From a virus (lineage: Duplodnaviria > Caudoviricetes), in IMG/VR virus record IMGVR_UViG_3300031965_000009, positions 1 through 64,000 of that record: a stretch of 64,000 nt of DNA; one strand, written 5' to 3'. The position numbers were made by a program, and so were the translations under genes. This document shows, piece by piece, positions 41,376 to 51,492 of this stretch. Position 1 is the first letter of the stretch; every line of letters starts with the position of its first letter. The notes beneath the pieces were generated by a model that saw nothing but the letters and a program-made list of their open reading frames with translations, searched no databases and was not told the origin of the DNA.

Positions 41376-42005
41376 ATGAGGGACACAGCACCAAAGCGAA
41401 ATGAGATTCAAATACTAAATGACCGCAGGCGAACTGCCCAGCTACTGCTTGAAGGGTACACCCATCAGCAAATACGTGATGTACTCGAACAAGAGACTGG
41501 AATTACATTGTCGCGTCGTACAATTACCAATGATGTCGGGGCTATCAAGAAAGACTGGGCCGAGCAGCAAAGGGCCAGCGTCCATGCTCTTGTCAATCAA
41601 GAGATTGACAGGCTGGACTTCAGCGAAGCTGAAGCATGGCGGGCATGGCGGGCCTCATGCGGCGACGAGGTTCAGGAAACTGTCGAGAAGATAGCCAGGT
41701 ACATGAAGCAAGAGGATGGCTACGTACCCGACGAGGATGAATACGAATTAAGGGTTCAGCGCGTGACCCAAATAATCAAGAAGAGCGGTGGCGTAGGCGA
41801 CCCAAGATTCTTTAATATCATCCTCGACCTACAGAAAGAAAGGCGGAAGCTGCTGGGATTGTATGCGCCAAGCAGGTTGGGCATTGATGTCACCACCAAG
41901 TCGGAAATCATTATCAAGGGCTATGCCGTCAAGGACGTGTCGCCTGACGCATGGCCGTCCCTGCCAAGCAATGACATCATCGAGGGAGAGATAGTTGAAC
42001 GGTAA
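41376..42005 (+). CDS. Terminase small subunit-like protein
   Basis: N-terminal HTH; RRKLLGL...SEIII tail; overlaps the large terminase start. Confidence 0.65.
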   Translation: MRDTAPKRNEIQILNDRRRTAQLLLEGYTHQQIRDVLEQETGITLSRRTITNDVGAIKKDWAEQQRASVHALVNQEIDRLDFSEAEAWRAWRASCGDEVQETVEKIARYMKQEDGYVPDEDEYELRVQRVTQIIKKSGGVGDPRFFNIILDLQKERRKLLGLYAPSRLGIDVTTKSEIIIKGYAVKDVSPDAWPSLPSNDIIEGEIVER

Positions 42006-45000
42006 AGCAGACCTGTATAATGGCCAGCGCATGTATCATCCTTCTGCGATGACTACGCACAATTCCACCTACAGGTACATCAACACATTCAACCCCCTGC
42101 CATGGCAGGCCAAGCCATGGGCAGACATCTCGCCTGTCATATTATTTTCGGGCTCGAGGGGAGGTGGAAAAGCGCTCTATATAGACACCGATATTGCCAC
42201 CACCAACGGATATGTTAAAATGAGGGACATATCGGTTGGTGACATAGTGTTTGACGAGCGTGGAAAACAAACAACGGTTACCGAGGTAACTGATGTGATG
42301 CTTGCTAGGCCATGCTATGAAATTAGCTTCTCGACTGGAGAGTCTGTCATCTGTGACGCTAACCACGAATGGGTTGTTGGTATAGCCGGGAACAGGTCGA
42401 AGAGAGTGATTGAGACCGCCGAGACGATGTTTCATAATCAAAAAACCGGGAGGGAGAATAGCTATTCGGTTTCAGTGTGTGGTTCGGTAGAGCACGACGA
42501 AAAGGAACTTCCGGTATCGGCATGGTTGGTTGGATTTCTTATCGGAGATGGGTACCTTAAAAACGTATCTTTCACAACGGCAGATACAGAGATAGCAGAC
42601 AGGGTAGCAAGTGAGCTAGAAGAGGGACACTCGGTCGAACACAGACCTAGCGCCAGCAATAACTATACGTACCAGATACTAACAAACAGAGCAAGGTCTA
42701 AGGATATAGAAGTAAATTCTGGCAGGGTATATCTACACTCCGATGGCAAAAAATACGTAGCCATGGCCAATGGAGATGGGACAGAGGATGGATATAAACG
42801 AGACTCGGAATATTTGGGGATGTTCGATACAGAAGAAGAGGCATGGAACGTTCTCATCGGCCATACCGGAGGAATGAAATTAACTCTGCACGGACATGGT
42901 CTTATATACAACCTGTCTAAACTAAGTCTAAGAGACAAGACATCGGCTACAAAATTTATCCCAGACATCTATAAATATTCCTCTGTGAACCAAAGACTAG
43001 AAGTACTCAGGGGCCTTATGGATGCGGACGGACATATACAACCGGGTCGCGGACGGGCGGAGATAACAGTTATAAGCGAGAGGCTTGCTAATGACATATT
43101 CGAGATAGCGTGCAGTCTAGGAATAAAGGCCCATATCGCTAAGAGAGATATGAAGTTTAACGGCGAGCCATATGATGCGTGGAGAGTACAGTTTACGTCT
43201 GATATTCAAGTATTCTGGTTGCCAAGAAAGGCTAATCTAGTGAAGTCTAAGCTGCGTAAAACTCAATACAGAAGGTATATAACATCAATCAAGAAGGTCG
43301 ATTCTGTTCCTGTAAAATGTATTGAAGTTGACAGTCCGCTTCACTCTTACTTAATCACGAAGTCTCATATTCCAACCCATAACTCCCGTCTTGCTGCCGA
43401 ACGTGCTCATGCCTTCTGCTTGAAATACCCGAACGCTGTTGTGCAGGTCGTGCGCAAGACCAAGTCAAGCTTGAAGAAGTCTGTCCTGCATAACCTGACA
43501 ACCAAGGTCATTGGCGATGATCCCAGGGTCTTGCATCACAAGAATGACAGCATGTTTGTCTACGACAACGGCAGCACGCTCATATACGATGGCATGTCTG
43601 ACCCGGCGGCAAGAGAAAGGATGAAGAGCCGGGAGCCGGACATGGTGTGGATGGAAGAGGCTAAGGACTTTACGGAAGAAGATTACAACGAGATCATAGC
43701 ATTGGTTCGTGGGACGGCCGCCCCATGGAGGCAGATTGTTCTTTCGACGAACCCTGACGGGCCATTGCATTGGATTAACAGAAGGCTTATCTTACAGGAC
43801 GAGGCTAAAGTATACTACAGCGGTGCTAAGGATAACCCGCACCTACCGATAGAGTACATAGAAAGCCTTGAATCATTGACTGGTGTTCAGTACCAGCGCG
43901 AGGTGCTTGGCCTGTGGGTTAGCGGTAGCGGTATTATATTCGACACCTGGAAAGACGATCAGAACGGTAAGAGTAGTAACGTTACGGCCGAAGCAGTCAT
44001 TGACCCGCATGGCGGGGACATTATCTGGGCCATAGACGATGGCTATTCCGGGACGTATGATAGGGAAAGCGGGTATTACACCGCCAATTCTCATCCACGA
44101 GCCATGCTCCTTGCGCAGCGTCGTCCCGACGGCGTGCTTGTCATTGCCGACGAAAGCTATGCCATTGAAACACTGGCAAGCAATCATATAGCCGAGAAGC
44201 TCAAGGACTGGCCCAGGCCGTACATGATCGTGCGGGACAGGGCCGCTGCGTCATTGGACGGGGCATGTCGGGAGAATGGGTTAAGAAATATTATCTACAA
44301 CACCATGCACGTTGACGAATCTATCAAAGAAATGCGCAAGTGGCTGGCCGAAGACCATAACGGCGTCAGGAAAGTGCTTGTCCACCCACGCTGCAAAATG
44401 CTCAGGAGCGAGATGGCCCAGTATTCCATGGATAATGATGGCCGGGTAATCAAGGAGCATGATAATGGCTGCCTTGTTGCCGGAACCATGGTGGCTACGC
44501 CAGACGGAGAAAAGAAAATAGAAGACATAGTGTCTGGTGACATGGTCATGACAAGACTTGGCCCAAGGCCCGTTGAAGTTTCGTCCATGACGGACTCAGA
44601 CGCAGAAATATGGCGATTAGAATTAAGTGACGGAAGATTTATAGAGGGTACAGGTAATCACCCAATATATGTGAAGGGTGCTGGATTCGTTGAATTGCAC
44701 TCCATGTCTCCTGGTGATACAATAGATTGCATATCTAATTACATCAGGAGAAACGAATGTCGAAATCAGAAGTTATCACTTACGGGGGAATCAGATTCCG
44801 GCGATACCCAAACTCTAAAAGATGGGCAAACAAATCGTATTATTCCCCAGGAATTGCTGACAGGCAACGGGGAATCGAGAGCCTTCACAGAGAGATTTAC
44901 AAGGACAATTTTGGGCCAATTCCAGATGGCGCACACATCCATCACGCGGATGGCAACCCGCTTAATAATGACCCAAGCAATCTTGTTTCCGTCTCTAGTA

Positions 45001-45549
45001 ACAGCGAACACCAGAAGCTTCATGCTGGCGAAAGAGTATACCATCCACCAACCAGGGCAGCCCTTTCGGCCGCTGCCGAATGGCACAGAAGCGACGAGGG
45101 ACGAGCATGGCACAGAGAACATGGTAAGAACTCCTGGATTGGAAGAGAACCAATTACCCTATCGTGCAACCAGTGCGGATCAAGCTACGAAACACTTGAC
45201 AGGAAGGGAACAAATAGATTCTGTTCAAACGCCTGCAAGTCCTCATTTAGAAGAGCCTCTGCCGTCGATGACGAAGAGAGGATATGCGAGTGGTGCGGAG
45301 CAGAGTTCTCAATCAATAAATACAGAAAAACAAGGACGTGCACAAGATCGTGTGCTGCGTACATACGCAACAGGGAAAAGAAAACCGGTATATAACCTGG
45401 CCGTCGCTGATAATCACGAATTCTTCGCTAATGGTATTTTAACCCATAACTGCGACGCACTTCGTTATCTCATATGGAACGAGTCATACGGCAGGGGTAG
45501 AAAGATTGATGTTGTATCATGGTCACAAATAGAGAGGGCACATGCCTAA
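41995..45549 (+). CDS. terL: Terminase large subunit with two inteins
   Basis: Spliced Walker A GSRGGGK|S; Walker B VWMEEA; STNPDGP; C-terminal nuclease ...C-DALRY. Confidence 0.92.
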   Translation: MNGKADLYNGQRMYHPSAMTTHNSTYRYINTFNPLPWQAKPWADISPVILFSGSRGGGKALYIDTDIATTNGYVKMRDISVGDIVFDERGKQTTVTEVTDVMLARPCYEISFSTGESVICDANHEWVVGIAGNRSKRVIETAETMFHNQKTGRENSYSVSVCGSVEHDEKELPVSAWLVGFLIGDGYLKNVSFTTADTEIADRVASELEEGHSVEHRPSASNNYTYQILTNRARSKDIEVNSGRVYLHSDGKKYVAMANGDGTEDGYKRDSEYLGMFDTEEEAWNVLIGHTGGMKLTLHGHGLIYNLSKLSLRDKTSATKFIPDIYKYSSVNQRLEVLRGLMDADGHIQPGRGRAEITVISERLANDIFEIACSLGIKAHIAKRDMKFNGEPYDAWRVQFTSDIQVFWLPRKANLVKSKLRKTQYRRYITSIKKVDSVPVKCIEVDSPLHSYLITKSHIPTHNSRLAAERAHAFCLKYPNAVVQVVRKTKSSLKKSVLHNLTTKVIGDDPRVLHHKNDSMFVYDNGSTLIYDGMSDPAARERMKSREPDMVWMEEAKDFTEEDYNEIIALVRGTAAPWRQIVLSTNPDGPLHWINRRLILQDEAKVYYSGAKDNPHLPIEYIESLESLTGVQYQREVLGLWVSGSGIIFDTWKDDQNGKSSNVTAEAVIDPHGGDIIWAIDDGYSGTYDRESGYYTANSHPRAMLLAQRRPDGVLVIADESYAIETLASNHIAEKLKDWPRPYMIVRDRAAASLDGACRENGLRNIIYNTMHVDESIKEMRKWLAEDHNGVRKVLVHPRCKMLRSEMAQYSMDNDGRVIKEHDNGCLVAGTMVATPDGEKKIEDIVSGDMVMTRLGPRPVEVSSMTDSDAEIWRLELSDGRFIEGTGNHPIYVKGAGFVELHSMSPGDTIDCISNYIRRNECRNQKLSLTGESDSGDTQTLKDGQTNRIIPQELLTGNGESRAFTERFTRTILGQFQMAHTSITRMATRLIMTQAILFPSLVTANTRSFMLAKEYTIHQPGQPFRPLPNGTEATRDEHGTENMVRTPGLEENQLPYRATSADQATKHLTGREQIDSVQTPASPHLEEPLPSMTKRGYASGAEQSSQSINTEKQGRAQDRVLRTYATGKRKPVYNLAVADNHEFFANGILTHNCDALRYLIWNESYGRGRKIDVVSWSQIERAHA
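42172..43383 (+). mobile_element. Intein 1 (Ala1, class 3-type) with LAGLIDADG endonuclease
   Basis: Starts ALYIDT; block B ANHEW; block F VKCIEV; ends IPTHN|S; motifs GFLIGDG and GLMDADG. Confidence 0.9.
44470..45450 (+). mobile_element. Intein 2 (Cys1, class 1)
   Basis: CLVAGT...TGNHP...VYNLAV...ILTHN|C. Confidence 0.9.
44757..45395 (+). CDS. HNH endonuclease overprinted out of frame within intein 2
   Basis: Own RBS AGGAG (44746-44750), ATG and TAA; LHREIY...IHHADGNPLNNDPSNL; C-terminal CxxC Zn fingers. Confidence 0.85.
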   Translation: MSKSEVITYGGIRFRRYPNSKRWANKSYYSPGIADRQRGIESLHREIYKDNFGPIPDGAHIHHADGNPLNNDPSNLVSVSSNSEHQKLHAGERVYHPPTRAALSAAAEWHRSDEGRAWHREHGKNSWIGREPITLSCNQCGSSYETLDRKGTNRFCSNACKSSFRRASAVDDEERICEWCGAEFSINKYRKTRTCTRSCAAYIRNREKKTGI

Positions 45550-47293
45550 TAGTCATTTATTAACACAAGTTTCAGAGACAAGGGAAGAAGCTACAGGCTT
45601 CGTGCCCCAAGACCCACTTGCTTCCACGAGCGTGCTGTCATGGCTTGTTCGGGCAGGCGAGCTCTTGCCACCATGGTGGTCACCTCGCCGCGATACAGCC
45701 CTTGCCAGCCTGTGGAAACAGTCCGGCCATCTAAGCTCCGCCGTCTATAACGCTCAGGCCAAGCTGGCAGGCATTCCATTCGAGATAGTGCCATCAGACC
45801 CAAGCAACATGGATCATGCCAAGCTAGCCGAAGAGATGACCGACTCGCTGCTGTTCATGTCTGAGTTTGGACAGGGTTGGCTGGTGGCATACGAGAAGTT
45901 CATAGAAGACCTTCTTACACAAGATAACGGAGCCTTTTTTGAAATCATTGGTAGGGGTGATGCTGATGGCCCTATTGTTGGCAGGCCGTTGGCCGTAAGA
46001 CATCTTGACAGCAGTAAATGCACCCGCACAGGCTCGCCTGAATTCCCTGTCGTTTATACCGGGGATGATAACAAGCGATACAAAATGCACTGGACAAGAG
46101 TCATAACCATGTCGCAGATGCCAAGCAGCATGGCTGAAATGAACGGCGTAGGTTTCAGCGCCGTCTCTCGTTCGGCTAACATAGCCCAAATCATGATCGA
46201 CGCCATGATCTACAAGCAAGAGAAGCTTGGTACCAGGCCGCAGAACCAGCTTATCCTGGGCAAGGGCATAACAGGCGAGCAGATCATGGATGCTTTCTGG
46301 TTAGGTGAAGAGAGCGCTAACAATGAATCCAGGAAGAGGTTTGCCAAGACCGTGGCCATTGGCTCTGAGAACCCTGACATCGGTATCGACGTTATCCCAT
46401 TGGGTCATAAAGACCCGTTCGATGAAGAGCAGACCATTAACATGGGCATGTTCGCCATTGCCGCCGCCTTCGGCCTTGATGCGTCTGAACTCTGGCCTAC
46501 TGGGTCAGGCAGCACGAACAAGGCTGACTCAGCCTTGCGTCGTCTGCGTTCTCGTGGCAAGTTACCGGCCCAGACAGCAGCCTCTCTCGAAGCCCAATTT
46601 AACATGAAGTTCATGCCCACTGACAGCAATGGGCAACCGTTATTGCGCATGCGCTTTGACTTCAAGGACGACGAAGAAGACCAGCAGCGGGCGCTTATCC
46701 GCGACATTCGTTCCCGTAACAGGGAGCGTGACCTGGCGTCAGGAGCCATGACCATCCGCATTGCCCGGCAACGCATGATGGATGACGGCGATGTTAATCG
46801 CAGCGAATTTAACATGATGGAGATTGACGAAGGTAGATTGCCTAATGGGCAGGAGGTCGGGGTCTTGTTCTTCTCTGACGAGCCTGTATTTGAAAGGCAC
46901 TTGTCAGGCGTTAGCGACCTGCTCATCATCAGGGATCATGAACGCGAAGACTCTATGATAGAGTTAGAGAAAGTAAAGAGCGGGGTGCTGCGCGAACTAG
47001 CCAAGACAACCAGCGACAAGAAAACGCAGCAGTTAAAGATGGCATGTTCTGCCCTCAACTGGCTGCATGACCAATACGAGGTTGTCGGTCAGAACGAATT
47101 CTTCGACAAGATTCCACCAGGAATGCGTCGGTTCACGACAGACTCTATCTACCAGCAGCGCACAGATTTAAGGGGGGACAGCAATGGCACAGCCAGCGGT
47201 GATACGGATCAAGCCGATACTTCCGGGCAAGATGAACAGCAAGCTACTGGACAAAGTAATACGACAAGCACTGTGGAAGGAAATTCAAACTGA
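45542..47293 (+). CDS. Portal protein
   Basis: 583 aa directly after terL; EDLLTQDNGAFFEI and LRHLDS...IAAAFG resemble portal segments. Confidence 0.8.
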   Translation: MPNSHLLTQVSETREEATGFVPQDPLASTSVLSWLVRAGELLPPWWSPRRDTALASLWKQSGHLSSAVYNAQAKLAGIPFEIVPSDPSNMDHAKLAEEMTDSLLFMSEFGQGWLVAYEKFIEDLLTQDNGAFFEIIGRGDADGPIVGRPLAVRHLDSSKCTRTGSPEFPVVYTGDDNKRYKMHWTRVITMSQMPSSMAEMNGVGFSAVSRSANIAQIMIDAMIYKQEKLGTRPQNQLILGKGITGEQIMDAFWLGEESANNESRKRFAKTVAIGSENPDIGIDVIPLGHKDPFDEEQTINMGMFAIAAAFGLDASELWPTGSGSTNKADSALRRLRSRGKLPAQTAASLEAQFNMKFMPTDSNGQPLLRMRFDFKDDEEDQQRALIRDIRSRNRERDLASGAMTIRIARQRMMDDGDVNRSEFNMMEIDEGRLPNGQEVGVLFFSDEPVFERHLSGVSDLLIIRDHEREDSMIELEKVKSGVLRELAKTTSDKKTQQLKMACSALNWLHDQYEVVGQNEFFDKIPPGMRRFTTDSIYQQRTDLRGDSNGTASGDTDQADTSGQDEQQATGQSNTTSTVEGNSN

Positions 47294-47660
47294 CGTTAAG
47301 ATCATGCGCGAGTACACGTCCACTTGGGAACACAAGCCCAGGTGGAACGTGCGCTCCAAGCGCATCGCCAGGGGCTACCAGGTAGGCATGTTCACAACGG
47401 ACAAGCGCTTTATCTGGGTCGAGAAGGGGACAAGCGTCAGGTGGCGAAGGATGTCGCAGGGCTGGCAAAGCAAGTCCAGGCGCGGTTCGCTTGCAGCCAG
47501 GCCCGGACAGGGCAAGGCACTGGGGTTCTACAAGACCCCACGCAAGGGCATAGAAGCCCGCGATAACCTTGAAACCATGGCTGACACAAGAAGGGTTTTG
47601 TTCGTGCTTGAGGTACAAGCGGCCATCAATGCCGCCTCGACTGCACTGTTCAGCAAGTAG
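47184..47660 (+). CDS. Basic head-morphogenesis/neck-type protein
   Basis: Own RBS; overlaps the portal end by 110 nt. Function inferred from position. Confidence 0.45.
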   Translation: MAQPAVIRIKPILPGKMNSKLLDKVIRQALWKEIQTDVKIMREYTSTWEHKPRWNVRSKRIARGYQVGMFTTDKRFIWVEKGTSVRWRRMSQGWQSKSRRGSLAARPGQGKALGFYKTPRKGIEARDNLETMADTRRVLFVLEVQAAINAASTALFSK

Positions 47661-47715
47661 TTAGCATTTTAATGAAACATTAAGTATAATAATGATAGAC
47701 GTAATTGGAGGTCTT

Positions 47716-49197
47716 ATGAGCAACAAGGGGGGTCTATATGGCCCAGTTTCCTTTGCGGAGCTCGAGGAACTCGTCGAAGCAAGAGAAGAAGCATCCCGCA
47801 TTATGTCTTTGGGGTCAGCCTTCAGTATGCTTTCGGATAACATCCTGATGGATGATGAGATTGAGGATAAGACAACGGCGTTGTCGTCCTTGCTTTCAGA
47901 ATACTCAGAGAGGTTAAGCAACGCAAACAAAAGTGCCGGGGTGGAAGCCACGGGGGAGCCATCAGGCTTTGAGGTATTGCTAAACATCTGGTCTGCCATG
48001 AAAGGCACGCCGATGAAATCCGAGGAAGACGAAGTATTCCCTGCGAGCCATTACCTAATCGTTGATAATCCGCAAGACCCGGAAACATGGTATATACGGG
48101 TCAAAGATAAAGCCGGTAATATTGATCCTGCCCTGCTTAACAAGGCATGGTTCGATGGAGAATACAGAGACGAGCTCAAGGAATTATATTCCAAGAGTGG
48201 TCTTCGCACGCCTGAAAACATGTCGATTGTCAAGGACAAGTCCGGCAAGTGGCTGTGGTTTGCACGCTATTCCAATAAATATTTAGATGACGATTACCCA
48301 CAAGAGATTATCAGTGAGCAGTCTCATCTTAATTTCGTCAAAGAAGTCAGGGAGGGGAGGGAAGACTACCCCGAACTATGGCTTCATCACATCAAGGGGA
48401 CTACATGGGGGAAGGCCACATGGGTCGGCTACGACAGCGGCTTTGCGCTTGCTGCAGGCTATATCTATCCTGAATACGAGGATATAGCTATCAGCCTGTC
48501 CAAGCAGACAAACATACTCCTGTCTCATGGCATGTCACCTGAATCAATTATTCGTGACCCGGATAACCCAAATATTATTTTGCAGCACGCCACGAAGGAG
48601 ATTTCACCTCTTCCTGCGCATCGGGCCGCAAACAAACTGACCGGGTTTATTGTACTCGAAGAGGAGGACAACATGTCAGAGAAAGGATTGTCTCGAGAAG
48701 ATCGGGAGACCTTAGTCAACATGGGTATTGCAGAAGCCTCTATCGAAAAGCTGGACAACGCAACGTCGAAAATTGCGGAGGTTGCTGAAAACAGTGACCT
48801 TCCTCGTAAAGAGGTCAGTGAACCCGATGTGGCTCAAGAGCAGACTCAGGTTGAACAAGAGGCTGTAGAAGAAGTAGTAGAACAAGTAGAAGACCGCAAT
48901 GATGAATTACTTGGCATCCTGGTTGAAAGCGTAAAAGCTATCAACGACCGGATGGTAGCGGTACAAGCACTGGCTCAGGCGAACGCCAACAGCATTGAAG
49001 CCATGGCTCAAGAACACAACAAAATTGTTGGCGAAAGCACCAAGGCTTCACGCATCAGTATTTTACAATCGGTTATTGGTAATGAGGACGCACGGGTTGA
49101 TGGACGAAAGTCATTAGCTCGCTCCGGGCCTGTAGAGTCAAAGCCGAACGGCGGTGGCCTTTTCTGGCGAGAGGAGGGCTGGACAAATGGAAACTAA
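47716..49197 (+). CDS. Prohead protease + scaffold fusion
   Basis: LWLHH and KEISPLP...AAN resemble HK97-type protease motifs; acidic coiled-coil C-terminus. Confidence 0.7.
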   Translation: MSNKGGLYGPVSFAELEELVEAREEASRIMSLGSAFSMLSDNILMDDEIEDKTTALSSLLSEYSERLSNANKSAGVEATGEPSGFEVLLNIWSAMKGTPMKSEEDEVFPASHYLIVDNPQDPETWYIRVKDKAGNIDPALLNKAWFDGEYRDELKELYSKSGLRTPENMSIVKDKSGKWLWFARYSNKYLDDDYPQEIISEQSHLNFVKEVREGREDYPELWLHHIKGTTWGKATWVGYDSGFALAAGYIYPEYEDIAISLSKQTNILLSHGMSPESIIRDPDNPNIILQHATKEISPLPAHRAANKLTGFIVLEEEDNMSEKGLSREDRETLVNMGIAEASIEKLDNATSKIAEVAENSDLPRKEVSEPDVAQEQTQVEQEAVEEVVEQVEDRNDELLGILVESVKAINDRMVAVQALAQANANSIEAMAQEHNKIVGESTKASRISILQSVIGNEDARVDGRKSLARSGPVESKPNGGGLFWREEGWTNGN

Positions 49198-50635
49198 AGA
49201 CATTGATCGTCTGTTCCAACTTGCTGAAAAACAGCAAGAAACAATCGAAAAAATGGCTTCCATGCATACCAAGACCCCGGCCTCGACAGGAACGTTTACC
49301 GAACTCCATGGAAATGGGAGTCTGTTCGGTAATCAGTCTGTTGAGCGCGATGTCATTACCGCACACGTTCGCCCGGTATCTGGGTTGTCAAGCGCATTGC
49401 CGCTTCTGCCCTCTGTGATTGAAGACCCACGATTCGCTTCTATCACCGGTTATACCGACACGAACGGTAGCGAAGCTGCTACACCGTGCGATGATGCTCC
49501 AGCGGGGTATGTTAAATCATGTAAGCTGACCGCCCAATTCGGGCGGCTGCAACGTGACACCCAAACGATTGAATGGGATAAAGTCATGCTGCAAAAGAAT
49601 CGCGGGGACTTCACCGACCTTGTATTACGGGGTCGTGTCCTGGGCGGAACTAATCTTTCCCCAATGGACATGGACGGGAATGACATTCTGAACGTCGTTA
49701 CCAAGAGCGAAATGGTTATCGCTGCCGTCAACATGGAACGACAGCTTTCCAAGCAAATGTGGCAGGGGTCTGTTGCCAATAACAATGCTGGTGGGGGTTA
49801 TAAAGAATTCCCAGGCTTAGACGCCCAAATTGCAACCGGACAGATTGATGCTGATAACGCCAGCGTTCTGTGCTCTGCCCTTGACTCTGATGTCAAGAAC
49901 TTCGGCTATGATTCAGTCGGTGGCACTGGCCGAGACATTGTAGAATATCTGGCCATGCTCGAGTTCTACCTGCGTTCCAATGCCGAGCGCATGGGCCTTG
50001 ACCCGGTAACATGGGGCATTTTCATGCGACCTGAACTCTGGTTTGAACTGTCCGCTGTCTGGCCATGCCGCTACCTGTCTAACCGCTGCGCGACTTCATC
50101 TGGTGCCAACCCCATTGTCATCAACGATAACGTGAACGTTAGTGAACGCGATAACATGCGGAACGGCCTGTACATTGACATCAATGGCAACCGCTATCCA
50201 GTCTACCTTGACACGGGCATTTTCGAGCATACCAACATAAACAACGCAAACGTTGGCTTGGGTCAGTATGCTAGCTCGATTTACTTCGTGCCCTTGACCA
50301 TTACTGGCGGCTTCCCTGTTACATACCGTGAATACCTGAACTACAAGGATTCCTTGGCCACTCAGAATACCACCTACCTGCGAGGGAAAGAAGTATTCTG
50401 GACTGACGACGGCATGTTCTCATGGGCCGTTGAAGACCAAAAATGGTGCTTCAAACTTTCGGTGAAGACGGAGCAGCGCATCGTCTTGCGCACCCCGCAG
50501 CTTGCTGGTCGTATTGACGCTGTCCTCTACGAGCCTCTGCAGCATCTGCGTGATAGCGACCCAACGTCGCCATACTGGCAAGACGGTGGGGTTTCTATAG
50601 TTGGTAACACTCCAAGCTATGCGGTTTGGAACTAA
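49187..50635 (+). CDS. Major capsid protein
   Basis: About 480 aa after the scaffold gene and before a strong terminator; MERQLSKQMWQG...EFPGLD segment. Confidence 0.75.
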   Translation: METKDIDRLFQLAEKQQETIEKMASMHTKTPASTGTFTELHGNGSLFGNQSVERDVITAHVRPVSGLSSALPLLPSVIEDPRFASITGYTDTNGSEAATPCDDAPAGYVKSCKLTAQFGRLQRDTQTIEWDKVMLQKNRGDFTDLVLRGRVLGGTNLSPMDMDGNDILNVVTKSEMVIAAVNMERQLSKQMWQGSVANNNAGGGYKEFPGLDAQIATGQIDADNASVLCSALDSDVKNFGYDSVGGTGRDIVEYLAMLEFYLRSNAERMGLDPVTWGIFMRPELWFELSAVWPCRYLSNRCATSSGANPIVINDNVNVSERDNMRNGLYIDINGNRYPVYLDTGIFEHTNINNANVGLGQYASSIYFVPLTITGGFPVTYREYLNYKDSLATQNTTYLRGKEVFWTDDGMFSWAVEDQKWCFKLSVKTEQRIVLRTPQLAGRIDAVLYEPLQHLRDSDPTSPYWQDGGVSIVGNTPSYAVWN

Positions 50636-50665
50636 CAACTCGCTGTAGTTGAGTCACTCTCCTGG

Positions 50666-50695
50666 AAAGGGGTACTTTAACCGGTACCCCTTTTT
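50666..50695. terminator. Bidirectional intrinsic terminator
   Basis: AAAGGGGTAC-TTTAACCG-GTACCCCTTT followed by Ts. Confidence 0.85.
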
Positions 50696-51423
50696 AGTTT
50701 CCTGTAATCTATGATCTTGTCATGCTTCTCGAAGTTACACTTTTGGCACAACGGTTGTAGATTATCTATGTTGCTAGTCCCGCCACTAGAGATGGGTATT
50801 ATGTGATCTACATTCACCCTAACCTCGTCGAACGACCTGCCACAGCACAAGCAGCGATTGTCATATTGCTCACACAGGGCTTTGAATTCAGCCGCCGTAT
50901 AGGAACCGCCCGCCTGGGTTTTACGGGTTCGCCGGCGGTGTTGATTGGCGACGTGCTTTTCGGGGTTATTCTTTTGCCACCGGGAAACAGCAGCGCGAGC
51001 CTTGTCTGGGTTGTTGACCCGCCACTTCTGACTATTCTCACGCACCTTATCGGGGTTATTGGCCCGCCAGCGAGTGCTGCGCCTGCGATTACCTTCGCGG
51101 GCCTTTTCTGGGTTGCTTGCTCTCCAACGACGCTTACCCTCTTTTATCTTTTCAGGATTAGTGTCTGCCCACCGACGACTGCGCTCTCGTTCCTTATCGG
51201 CGTTGTCGGCTCTCCATCTAGCGTCAGATATGGCCTTACACGATACACACGCTCCCCACTTGTTTCTATCAACTCCCCCACAATTCCTACACTCCCAATC
51301 TTTTCTTGCTGGCTTGCCATAACAAGCTTTGCAATCTGGGCGGTATCCGTCCTTGCTTTTGGCGTTTTTCCAGAATTCATTAAGCGGTTTGACAACCCTA
51401 CATTTACTACACTTCTTTGTCAT
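50677..51423 (-). CDS. HNH endonuclease with N-terminal Zn knuckles and RWxxxNP repeats
   Basis: CLCCG...VDHIIPISSGGTSNIDNLQPLCQKCN. Confidence 0.9.
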   Translation of the reverse strand: MTKKCSKCRVVKPLNEFWKNAKSKDGYRPDCKACYGKPARKDWECRNCGGVDRNKWGACVSCKAISDARWRADNADKERERSRRWADTNPEKIKEGKRRWRASNPEKAREGNRRRSTRWRANNPDKVRENSQKWRVNNPDKARAAVSRWQKNNPEKHVANQHRRRTRKTQAGGSYTAAEFKALCEQYDNRCLCCGRSFDEVRVNVDHIIPISSGGTSNIDNLQPLCQKCNFEKHDKIIDYRKLKRGTG

Positions 51424-51492
51424 AAAAAAACTCCTTGCCCGTTGCCATTAGTCATGCTTTGTCATCTCGCTCATTCTCGCAGTTATTATATA

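Noticed and set aside
44766-45122. Third, antisense ORF in the dual-coding intein region
   Set aside because: Short, with no motif or RBS; likely a consequence of constraints on the two sense frames.
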